From Polyangiales bacterium (GTDB lineage Bacteria > Myxococcota_A > Polyangia > Polyangiales > Polyangiaceae), in contig JBBRLQ010000062.1 of assembly GCA_038231275.1 (NCBI GenBank), positions 1 through 17,217 of the forward strand: DNA of 17,217 nucleotides, given 5' to 3'. Below are positions 7,792 through 15,680 of this stretch, piece by piece (position 1 is the stretch's first letter; each line of letters opens with the position of its first letter). The position numbers and the translations under genes are program-made. A model generated the notes under the pieces. It had not been told where the DNA came from and did no database searches. It worked only from the letters and a program-made list of their open reading frames with translations.

Positions 7792-8168
7792 GACTCCCAC
7801 TCCAGCGCGCCCTTTTTCCACACGTAGACGAGCGCGACGATGACCACGGCCAAGAACCCGAACATCTCCATCAGGCCGAACCAGCCGAGCGAGCGGAACT
7901 GAACCGCCCACGGGTAGATGAAGACCGCCTCGATGTCGAAGACGACGAAGAGGATCGCCGTCAGGTAAAACTTCACGCTCAGCTTCACATGCCGGCCGCC
8001 GGAGGACTCGCTGCCGCACTCGAAGGGGAGCATCTTCTCGGGCGTCGGGTTCTTCTTCCCGAGCAGGCTGGCGCCCGTGAAAAAGAGGAGGGCGACGAGA
8101 GCCGCCACCACGAGCATGATGAACACCGGCGCGTAGATCGCGATCTGTGCATTCGACGATGCGGGCAT
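7788..8168 (-). CDS. nuoA: NADH-quinone oxidoreductase subunit A (126 aa)
   Basis: PFECG, FYLTAILFVVFDIE..FIYPWAV, WKKGALEWE. ATG 8168 is preceded by a GAGG RBS-like sequence. Confidence 0.95.
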   Translation of the reverse strand: MPASSNAQIAIYAPVFIMLVVAALVALLFFTGASLLGKKNPTPEKMLPFECGSESSGGRHVKLSVKFYLTAILFVVFDIEAVFIYPWAVQFRSLGWFGLMEMFGFLAVVIVALVYVWKKGALEWES

Positions 8169-8233
8169 GTGGCCTCGGGGAGATTGCGCCGCGGGTCCCA
8201 ATGGGATTTTCCCACGGCTTTTCGCGGCCTTCG

Positions 8234-8262
8234 TATCTAGTGCCCTTGCCCGGGAGTGTCAA
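8234..8262 (-). promoter_or_regulatory. Putative sigma70-type promoter for the nuo operon
   Basis: On the minus strand: perfect TTGACA (8262-8257), a 17-nt spacer, then TAGATA (8239-8234), about 65 nt upstream of the nuoA ATG. Confidence 0.55.
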
Positions 8263-8323
8263 CGGAAGCGCACACGCCGACGCTCCTGGCAACTTCCGGG
8301 AAGGTGCTTCCCCGCGCCGGCTT

Positions 8324-9445
8324 TCACGCGAGCATTCGGGCTTTCCAGGCGGTCAGCCCGGGTCCCAACGCCGTCTCGACCTCGCGTAGCTCATCGGCGA
8401 GATCGCGCTCGCCGACGCCGGCGTCGAGGGCGTCACGGAGGCACGCGAAGGCCGCGACGTAGCGCTTTCGCTTCAGGAAGGCGCGCGCGAGGGGCGGCAT
8501 CACGTCGGCCGCCGAGCCGCCGAACGCGATGGCGCGCCGGAGCGGACCGATGGCCTCGCCCGCGCGATCGTTCAAGAGGAGCGCCTCGCCGAGACGACGG
8601 AAGAGCTCCGCCGCGGCGAGTCCCTCTTGCGCGTACTGGATGCCGATGCGGAAGACCTCCTCCGCCTGCTCGACGTCGCCGAGGTGAACGCACGCCGATC
8701 CGAGGAGGCCGAGGCCCTTCGCGATGAGCGCGCGCGCTTCGGGGGCGAGCATCTGCCCTTCGGGCGTTCGCAGGAAGATCGCGAGCGGCGCCGGCCACGC
8801 GCCGAGGAGGGCGATGACCTTCGGCCACTCCTTGCGGAGCGCGGCGGACTCGGCCTCGGCGACCTTGGACAGATCGATCGCGCTTCGTGCCCCGGCCGCG
8901 ACGCGCTCCAGCTCCTCGCGGATGTGCGCGCGGAGGCGAAGTCGGAACGACTCGAGCTCGAAGCGCTCTTCGGAGCCATCGTGGTTCACGATGAGCTCGG
9001 CGGTCTTCGCGTCCTTCAGCTCCACCGCGAGCTCGAGGAGCGAGTAGCCGTAGAGCGGCGCGAGCAGGAGGTACCGGACACCGATGAAGAGCTGGATGGC
9101 CTCGACGTCGCTCTCGCGGAGCGGGACGGGCGCCTCTTTGTCCTCTTCGACCAGGAGCGCACCGACGAGGCGGCGGCGGAAATCGGCGAGGGTGAGGCGC
9201 TGCGGCTCCAGATCCTGATCGGCGTCCCCTACCCCGACGACGAAATCGACGAGCGTCTGATCGGGGCTGCGGCGATCGACGGTCAGCGCCGTGATTCGCG
9301 CGCCGACGATGATCGAGAACGCGAAGAAGCGCTCTCCCACGATCTCGCACAGCGCTTGAAAGCTACCGATGCCCTCGCCGATGCGCTCGAACCACCCGTC
9401 CGTTCGGAGAGCGTCGAGCGAGAAGTGTTTTTTCTTGTCGGCCAT
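8324..9445 (-). CDS. Hypothetical cytoplasmic protein with C-terminal tetratricopeptide repeats
   Basis: 373-aa ORF with a natural amino-acid composition. TPR-like units LLGSACVHLGDVEQAEEVFRIGI, RRLGEALLLNDRAGEAIGPLRRAI and PLARAFLKRKRYVAAFACLRDAL. N-terminal domain not recognised. Confidence 0.85.
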   Translation of the reverse strand: MADKKKHFSLDALRTDGWFERIGEGIGSFQALCEIVGERFFAFSIIVGARITALTVDRRSPDQTLVDFVVGVGDADQDLEPQRLTLADFRRRLVGALLVEEDKEAPVPLRESDVEAIQLFIGVRYLLLAPLYGYSLLELAVELKDAKTAELIVNHDGSEERFELESFRLRLRAHIREELERVAAGARSAIDLSKVAEAESAALRKEWPKVIALLGAWPAPLAIFLRTPEGQMLAPEARALIAKGLGLLGSACVHLGDVEQAEEVFRIGIQYAQEGLAAAELFRRLGEALLLNDRAGEAIGPLRRAIAFGGSAADVMPPLARAFLKRKRYVAAFACLRDALDAGVGERDLADELREVETALGPGLTAWKARMLA

Positions 9446-9533
9446 GAGCTCGCGATAGAGGGAAAATCGCCCTCTACGGTCGCACGAACCCGTTCGAGAT
9501 GTCGACCGATTTTCCGCGTTTGGCCGCGGCCGG

Positions 9534-10592
9534 TCACTTCCCGAGGCCGCCCTTGGCCGGGCCTCCTCCTTGCACGGCGATCCCCACGAGATCCGCGAGG
9601 TCGGACGTCCGCGGGAGCTTCGTCGGGGGGCCTGTAGGTCCGACGACGGTGACCGTGCCGTCGACCCTCGACCAGACGCGCCCCAAATCGTCGACGGCGA
9701 AGACCTCGCCGACGAGCGCGTCGGGTGTCGCGATCTCGCCGGTGGGGGCGACGATCGTGAGCTTGCCGGAAGGGTCGCGGATCGCAGCGACGCCGGAGAC
9801 GGACGCGCGAAGGCGCGAGCCTTTCACGGCGGTCAGCGGCGCGACCAACGCGCCAGGATCGGACCGCCCGGGGATACGGTAGAGCCCCTCCTCACGGAGG
9901 ACGTACACGCCGCTCGCGGCGGGGGCTATGGCGAGGACGGCGTTCTTGGCGAGGAGCCCAGCCTCGAAGCCGTTGACGAGATCCCACGCGTCGCCGTTCT
10001 GCAGACGAAGGCCGCCGTCGGCGTCGATCCCCCACGCGTTAGGCGCGGCGTCGGCGTCGGCCATGCGATCGCGCGCGACGGCGACGACCGCACTCCTCCC
10101 GGTGCCTTTCCAGCCGGGTTTTCCGCCGAGCCAGAAGCGCTTTTCGCCGAGCACGGAGATGGCGCCCTCGGGGCCGGGCAAGACGGTGGCGCCGCCCTCG
10201 ACGTCGGCGGCCATGCGCTCACCGAACGCGTGGACCTTGACCGCGCTCTTTCCTACGATCTTGCGGAGACCCTTCGACTCCACGACGTACACCTGACCGT
10301 CCGTGAGCATCGCGACGTCGAGCACGCGCGCGTCGGGCATCGCGATTTGCGTTCGCTTTCCCACGACGTCGATGACGAGGAGCCCTCGCGACGACGAGAG
10401 CAGCAGCGCAGGACCAGGAGCCGCGCCCGGCACCGGCACGAACGGCGCGGTCTTCGCGGAGGCCGCCGGGGCAGCGTCTTTTCCCGCGTCGCGTAGGGCG
10501 CCGGCGTCCGGCGTCGCCGATTTCGTCTCGCACGCGAGGGTCAGCGCTGCAAAAGCGCCCAGCGCGGCGATGAGCGCGCGTCGGACGATCAC
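9534..10592 (-). CDS. Putative lipoprotein (~352 aa), beta-strand-rich and possibly propeller-like
   Basis: GTG 10592 overlaps the upstream stop (GTGA). Signal VRRALIAALGAFAALTLAC, an Ala/Pro linker, then repeated short strands (DGQVYV, SGVYVL, DDLGRVW). Confidence 0.75.
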   Translation of the reverse strand: MIVRRALIAALGAFAALTLACETKSATPDAGALRDAGKDAAPAASAKTAPFVPVPGAAPGPALLLSSSRGLLVIDVVGKRTQIAMPDARVLDVAMLTDGQVYVVESKGLRKIVGKSAVKVHAFGERMAADVEGGATVLPGPEGAISVLGEKRFWLGGKPGWKGTGRSAVVAVARDRMADADAAPNAWGIDADGGLRLQNGDAWDLVNGFEAGLLAKNAVLAIAPAASGVYVLREEGLYRIPGRSDPGALVAPLTAVKGSRLRASVSGVAAIRDPSGKLTIVAPTGEIATPDALVGEVFAVDDLGRVWSRVDGTVTVVGPTGPPTKLPRTSDLADLVGIAVQGGGPAKGGLGK

Positions 10593-11476
10593 CCGCGCGG
10601 CGACCAGTGTCGGCACACCGGCTTCACGCCGCAGCCTTCGCACCGCTTCGCGTCCTTTCGCGAGGGGCAGCGCTGGAGCATTCCCATGTGGCACAACGAG
10701 AAATCGTATTTCACCGGATCGGCGGGGTCGAGCTTCCGGAGATGGACGGTGATTTCCTGGCTCGTCTTCAGCGACAGGTCCTTGCGCGTCGAAAGGCCGA
10801 GGTTGCGCGTCAGCTTGTGGATGTGAGTGTCGACGGGGATGAGGAGGACGCTGGGATCGACCTGCGGCCAGAGCCCGAGATCGACGCCGTCGGCCGGACG
10901 GATCATCCAACGCAAGAAGAGGAAGAGGCGCTTGTTGGCGCTGCCGGCGCGCGGATCGGGCAAGAGGTGACCCGGGCCGCGTCGCTCCATTTGCGTGATA
11001 GCGCCGCGGGCGAAGCCACCTGCTTCGCGGACCGCGTCGCAGAAGCGCGCGAGGCCTTCTTGCAGATCGCCGCCGCTCGCCGTGAGGTCCGCGGCGAAGC
11101 GCTCCCCGAGCGATCCGCTCGCGCGCTGGACTCGGCGGGCCCCGATCATGAGGCGCGCGACGTCCTCGCCGCGGTACACACGGTGGAACCAGCCGTGCAT
11201 CGCGGCGAAGGTGCCGAGCTGATCGTCGGCAGCGCGCGACGGGCTGGGGCCGAGACGGGCCAGCGCGTCCTCGAGCTTAGCGAGGATGGATTTGACATTG
11301 CCGAACGCGACCGACGACGCGAGCAGGGCGACGAGCTCGCGATCGTGCAGCGTGCGGTACCGATGGACGAAGCTGACCGGATCGCTCGCGCGCCGGGCAT
11401 CGCGATCGCAGTCTTCGCGCACGCGATCCAGTGCGCGCTTGATGGCGCGTGTGCGCGTGGGCGTCATGGCCTTCAC
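10589..11476 (-). CDS. TIGR02757/DUF2400-family protein (HhH-GPD-like) with C-terminal Cys cluster
   Basis: DPVSFVHRY, AFGNVKSI, SANKRLFLFLRWMIR...VDLGLW, IPVDTHI, DPADPVKYDFSLCH. The start could be GTG 11476 or ATG 11467. Confidence 0.88.
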   Translation of the reverse strand: MKAMTPTRTRAIKRALDRVREDCDRDARRASDPVSFVHRYRTLHDRELVALLASSVAFGNVKSILAKLEDALARLGPSPSRAADDQLGTFAAMHGWFHRVYRGEDVARLMIGARRVQRASGSLGERFAADLTASGGDLQEGLARFCDAVREAGGFARGAITQMERRGPGHLLPDPRAGSANKRLFLFLRWMIRPADGVDLGLWPQVDPSVLLIPVDTHIHKLTRNLGLSTRKDLSLKTSQEITVHLRKLDPADPVKYDFSLCHMGMLQRCPSRKDAKRCEGCGVKPVCRHWSPRG

Positions 11477-12429
11477 GACTCGTCGACGATCTGCGGGACG
11501 ATCGCGCCCTCGTCGAGCCGCGCAGCGATCCGAGCGCGGACCTGCTCCTCACCGCCGCGCGCCTCGAGGCCCGCCTCGCCGTGCCGCTTCACGAACGCGC
11601 GCAGGCCCAATGCGATCGCGCCGTCGCGTCGCCTGCGCGCGAGCGGCTCACCGGCGAGCGCGGAAGCGTGGGATGCGAGTGCATCGACAAGGGCGTCGAT
11701 CCCGGTGCCGTCGCGCGCGCTGGTCGCGAGGATCGGGACCTCCCCGGCGAGCGCACCGGCCGCGCGGAGCGACGCCAGCGCGGACGTCAGATCCGACGTC
11801 GCGCGCAACGCCAGCTCCCTTTGATCGGCCTTGTTCACGACGAGCACGTCCGGCACCTCCATGATGCCTGCCTTCAAGAACTGGAGCGCGTCGCCGGACC
11901 CCGGCTGGACGACGAAGACGACCGTGTCGGTCACGCTTCGTACGTCGGTCTCCGATTGGCCGACACCGACCGTCTCCAAGATGGCGACGTCGTAGGCCGA
12001 TGCCAGCACCGCCAGGGCCATCGGCGCGCTCCGCGCGAGCCCTCCTAGATCGCCCGCGGTGGCGAGGGAGCGAACGAAGAGCCCATGATCGGCGGGATCC
12101 GGCGCGATCCGCGCGCGGTCGCCGAGGAGCGCGCCGCCGGAGCGGAGGCTCGACGGATCGACCGCCACGACCCCTACCGTCCGCCCACGCGATCGCAGCG
12201 TCCGCGAGAGGGACGAGACGAGCGTGCTCTTCCCGACGCCGGGCGGCCCGGTGATCCCGACCCGATGCGCGCGCAGATCGGCGCGCGACGCATGCAGCGA
12301 CCGAAGCAGTGCGATCGCGCGCGCGTGCGCCTCTGGTCTACGGTCCTCGGTGAGGTTGAGCGCCTCGGCGACGGCGGCACGCTCGGCGGCCGTCACGCGC
12401 TGCGCGAGCGCGTCCACGTCGTTCGTCAC
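11473..12429 (-). CDS. meaB: MeaB/ArgK G-protein chaperone for B12-dependent acyl-CoA mutase
   Basis: GITGPPGVGKST, VDPSS..SGGALLGDR, FVRS, ETVGVGQSE, GDALQFLKAGIME, NKAD; directly downstream of the mutase. Confidence 0.93.
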   Translation of the reverse strand: MTNDVDALAQRVTAAERAAVAEALNLTEDRRPEAHARAIALLRSLHASRADLRAHRVGITGPPGVGKSTLVSSLSRTLRSRGRTVGVVAVDPSSLRSGGALLGDRARIAPDPADHGLFVRSLATAGDLGGLARSAPMALAVLASAYDVAILETVGVGQSETDVRSVTDTVVFVVQPGSGDALQFLKAGIMEVPDVLVVNKADQRELALRATSDLTSALASLRAAGALAGEVPILATSARDGTGIDALVDALASHASALAGEPLARRRRDGAIALGLRAFVKRHGEAGLEARGGEEQVRARIAARLDEGAIVPQIVDES

Positions 12430-14411
12430 GCGTTCGCCTCACGGACCAGCGCGACCAGATCCTTCATGATCGCGCCGAGCGCGAAGTGTTTCGGCGTGTA
12501 CACGCGCGACACGCCGGCGCCTCGAAGTCGGCGCGCGTCCTCGTCCGGGATGATCCCGCCGACCACGACCGGGATACGCGCGAGCCCGGCGGCGCGGAGG
12601 CCGAGGAGAATCTCCGGCACGAGCTCGAGGTGCGAGCCGCTCAAAATCGAGAGGCCGACGAGGTGCACCCCCTCCTCCACGGCGCTCGCGACGATCTGCG
12701 CGGGCGTGACGCGGATGCCTTCGTAGACGACCTCGAAGCCCGCGTCGCTCGCCTTCAATGCGATCTGCTCGGCGCCGTTCGAGTGGCCGTCGAGCCCCGG
12801 CTTGCCGACGAGCATCTTCGCGTTGCGCCCAAGCATGACCCCGAGCTCGCGCACGCTCTTGCGGATCGCGTCGAGCTCCGCGGCGTCGGTCGCGCTGCCC
12901 CCCTGCCCGCTCGACACGCCCCCGATGCCGGTCGGCGCGCGGTATTCGCCGAAGATCGCGCGCAGCGCGCCCGCCCACTCGCCCGTCGTGACCCCCGCCT
13001 TCGCGCACGCGATGGAGGCCGGCATCACGTTCGCTCCGTCTTTCGCCGCAATTTTGAGGGCCTCCAGCGATGCGTGCACTTTCCCTGCATCTCGCGCCGC
13101 CCGCCACGCCGCGAGCCGCTCGGTCGCCTCCTCCTCGACGCGCGGGTCGACCGTGAAGATCGCGTCGCTGCCGCGCGCAGTCAGCGGCGATTCCTCGGTC
13201 TGGGCGAACTGGTTCACGCCCACCTTGATCTGCTCGCCGCGCTCGATGCGCCCGAGGCGCGCGGCGTTCGACGCGACGAGGCGCTCCTTGATGTAGCCCG
13301 ACTCCACGGCGCCGACGACGCCGCCGGCGCCAGCCAGGACCGCCTGCACCTCGCGCCACGCCGCGTCGCGGAGCTCCTTCACCTTCGCCTCGATCACGCG
13401 CGAGCCGTCGAAGATGTCGTCCACCTCGAGCAGATCCGTCTCGAACGCCATGATCTGCTGCGTGCGCAGCGCGAGCTGCTGGTCCCACGGTCGCGGGAGT
13501 CCGAGCGCCTCGTTCCACGCCGGCAGCTGCACCGCCCGCGCCCGCGCGCGCTTCGAGAGGACGACCGCGAGCATCTCCAGCGCGATGCGTACGATGTTGT
13601 TCTCTGGCTGCGCCGCCGTCAGCTCGAGAGAGTTGACTTGAACGCCGTAGCGGAAGCGACGCAGCTTCTCGTCGGTCACGCCGTACCGCGTCCTCCCGAG
13701 CTCGTCCCATAGCTCGGTGAACGCGCGCATCTTGCAGGTCTCTTCGACGAACCGGAGCCCCGCGTTCACGAAGAACGAGATGCGCCCGAAGACGCTCGCC
13801 ATCGCCGACGGATCGTCCATGCGCGCCTTCACCGTGTCGAGCACGCAGATCGCCGTCGTCAGCGCGTACGCGAGCTCCTGCACCGGCGTCGCTCCGGCCT
13901 CTTGGAGGTGGTAGCTACAGATGTTGATCGGGTTCCACTCCGGCACATGATCGACCGCGTACGTGACGACGTCGCTCGTGAGCCGCAGCGACTGCGCGGG
14001 CGGGAAAATGAAGGTCCCCCGCGAGAGGTACTCCTTCACGATGTCGTTCTGGAGCGTGCCGGCGAGCTTCTTCGGATCGACCCCGCGCTCCTCGGCGAGC
14101 GAGACGTACAGCGCAAAGAGCCACGCCGCCGTCGCGTTGATCGTCATCGACGTGTTCATCGTGTCGAGCGGGATCCCCTCGAACAGATCGCGCATGTCGC
14201 CCAGGTGCGCGATCGGCACGCCGACCTTGCCGACCTCGCCGCGCGCGAGCTCGTGGTCGGGGTCGTACCCGGTCTGCGTCGGCAGGTCGAAGGCGACCGA
14301 GAGCCCCGTCTGCCCCTTCGCCAAGTTTTGGCGGTAGAGCGCGTTGGACGCCTTCGGCGTCGAATGCCCGGAGTACGTCCTCATGATCCACGGGCGGTCT
14401 CGACTTGCCAT
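12426..14411 (-). CDS. ecm: Ethylmalonyl-CoA mutase (MeaA/Ecm), B12-dependent
   Basis: Short N-terminus DRPWIMRTYSGHS (Ecm-type His), GQTGLSVAFDLPTQTGYD, FRYGVQVNSL, AVQLPAWNEALGLPRPWDQQ and B12-binding GKPGLDGHSNG; adjacent to ccr. Confidence 0.92.
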   Translation of the reverse strand: MASRDRPWIMRTYSGHSTPKASNALYRQNLAKGQTGLSVAFDLPTQTGYDPDHELARGEVGKVGVPIAHLGDMRDLFEGIPLDTMNTSMTINATAAWLFALYVSLAEERGVDPKKLAGTLQNDIVKEYLSRGTFIFPPAQSLRLTSDVVTYAVDHVPEWNPINICSYHLQEAGATPVQELAYALTTAICVLDTVKARMDDPSAMASVFGRISFFVNAGLRFVEETCKMRAFTELWDELGRTRYGVTDEKLRRFRYGVQVNSLELTAAQPENNIVRIALEMLAVVLSKRARARAVQLPAWNEALGLPRPWDQQLALRTQQIMAFETDLLEVDDIFDGSRVIEAKVKELRDAAWREVQAVLAGAGGVVGAVESGYIKERLVASNAARLGRIERGEQIKVGVNQFAQTEESPLTARGSDAIFTVDPRVEEEATERLAAWRAARDAGKVHASLEALKIAAKDGANVMPASIACAKAGVTTGEWAGALRAIFGEYRAPTGIGGVSSGQGGSATDAAELDAIRKSVRELGVMLGRNAKMLVGKPGLDGHSNGAEQIALKASDAGFEVVYEGIRVTPAQIVASAVEEGVHLVGLSILSGSHLELVPEILLGLRAAGLARIPVVVGGIIPDEDARRLRGAGVSRVYTPKHFALGAIMKDLVALVREANA

Positions 14412-14438
14412 GCTGCGTCTGTAATTATCGCATCAACG
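14412..14438. promoter_or_regulatory. 27-bp divergent ecm/ccr control region
   Basis: AT-rich core TAATTA (14422-14427). The minus strand has an extended -10-like TGCGATAAT. It is flanked by an imperfect inverted repeat, TGCTGCG / CGCATCA. Confidence 0.5.
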
Positions 14439-15677
14439 ATGACCGAAGCCAGCACGCACGCTTCTCCGAAGATCCCTCCGCTTGGCGAGGTGCCGAAGGA
14501 GATGGACGCGTGGGTGATTCGAAAGGAGCGCCTCGGCGAGCCGCTCACGTCGTTCCAGCTCGAGAAGATGCCGACGCCCGAGCCAGGTCCCGGTGAGGCG
14601 CTCGTCCTCGTGATGGCGGCCGGGGTCAACTACAACGGCATCTGGGCCGGTCTCGGCAAGCCGGTCAGCATCCTCGACGTCACGAAGAAGGACTTCCACA
14701 TCGCCGGCAGCGACGCGAGCGGTATCGTGTGGAAGGTCGGCCCGGGCGTGACGCGCTACAAAGTCGGCGACGAGGTGGTCCTCCACTGCAACGTCACCTG
14801 CGGCCAGTGCCCTGCGTGCAACGGCTTCGATCCGATGGCGTGCGAGGACCAGAAAATCTGGGGCTACGAGACGCCGTACGGGAGCTTCGCGCAGTTCTGC
14901 CTCGTGCAGTCGCAGCAGCTCCTGAAGAAGCCCAAGCAGCTCACGTGGGAGGTCGCGGCGAGCTATGGACTCGTCTACTTCACCGCCTACCGAATGCTCG
15001 TCGACCGCGCGCGCGTGCGGCCCGGCGAGCTCGTGCTCATCTGGGGCGCGAGCGGCGGCCTCGGTATCTTCGCGGTGCAGATCACGAAGCTCCTCGGCGC
15101 GACGGCGATCGGCATCGTGTCGTCGAAGGCCAAGGGCCAGCTCGCGAAGGACGCGGGGTGTGATCACGTCCTCGACCGCAACGATTTTCCCGGCCTCGCC
15201 TTCAAGCCCAACGAGACCGACGAGCAGCTGAAGGCGCGTATGAGCGCGACCAAGAAGATGGGCAAGGCCATCTGGGACTGCGTCGGCGAGAAGAAGGGAC
15301 CCGACGTCGTCTTCGAGCACGTCGGGCAGGAGACGTTCCCCACGAGCGTGTTCCTCGCGGGCCGCATGAGCCGCATCGTCATCTGCGGCGCGACGACGGG
15401 CTTCAACCTCACGTTCGACGTGCGTCACCTGTGGATGCGCCAGAAGTCGATCATCGGCAGCCACTTCGCGAACGCCGAGCAATGCCAGCGCGCGAACGAG
15501 CTCGTCCATCAGGGGAAGATCAAGCCGGTCCTGACCGAGACGTTCGACTTCGCGAAGATCCCCGAGGCACACGACGTCATGTTCCGCAACAAGCACATGG
15601 GCACGATCGCGTGCTTGGTCTCGTCGCCCAAACCTGGGCTCACCACGATCGACGAGGCGCGAGCCGCGGGGGCGTGA
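14439..15677 (+). CDS. ccr: Crotonyl-CoA carboxylase/reductase (412 aa)
   Basis: Start ATG 14439 (MTEAST). Motifs VMAAGVNYNGIWA, HIAGSDASGIVW, IWGYET..GSFAQF, LIWGASGGLG, DVRHLWMRQK.IIGSHFAN. The CO2-binding Asn, Glu and His positions of enoyl-CoA carboxylases are present. Confidence 0.93.
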   Translation: MTEASTHASPKIPPLGEVPKEMDAWVIRKERLGEPLTSFQLEKMPTPEPGPGEALVLVMAAGVNYNGIWAGLGKPVSILDVTKKDFHIAGSDASGIVWKVGPGVTRYKVGDEVVLHCNVTCGQCPACNGFDPMACEDQKIWGYETPYGSFAQFCLVQSQQLLKKPKQLTWEVAASYGLVYFTAYRMLVDRARVRPGELVLIWGASGGLGIFAVQITKLLGATAIGIVSSKAKGQLAKDAGCDHVLDRNDFPGLAFKPNETDEQLKARMSATKKMGKAIWDCVGEKKGPDVVFEHVGQETFPTSVFLAGRMSRIVICGATTGFNLTFDVRHLWMRQKSIIGSHFANAEQCQRANELVHQGKIKPVLTETFDFAKIPEAHDVMFRNKHMGTIACLVSSPKPGLTTIDEARAAGA

Positions 15678-15680
15678 GCG

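Noticed and set aside
5338..8292. Long N-terminal extensions on NuoG (to 6363), NuoC (to 7678) and NuoB (to 8292), suggesting fusions
   Set aside because: They are off-frame overlaps of the upstream nuo genes. Internal ATGs with ATGA/TGATG coupling give normal starts.
8292..8313. Short hairpins (GGGAAG-GTG-CTTCCC, CTTCCGGGAAG) after the TPR gene as an intrinsic terminator
   Set aside because: Stems of 5-6 bp with no U-tract; not distinguishable from chance in GC-rich DNA.
10593..10910. Extension of the lipoprotein ORF to 10910
   Set aside because: Overlaps the TIGR02757 gene. The signal peptide starts at GTG 10592.
13902..14438. 179-aa N-terminal extension of Ccr in the ORF track
   Set aside because: Antisense to ecm. 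Ccr-like sequence begins at about 14439.
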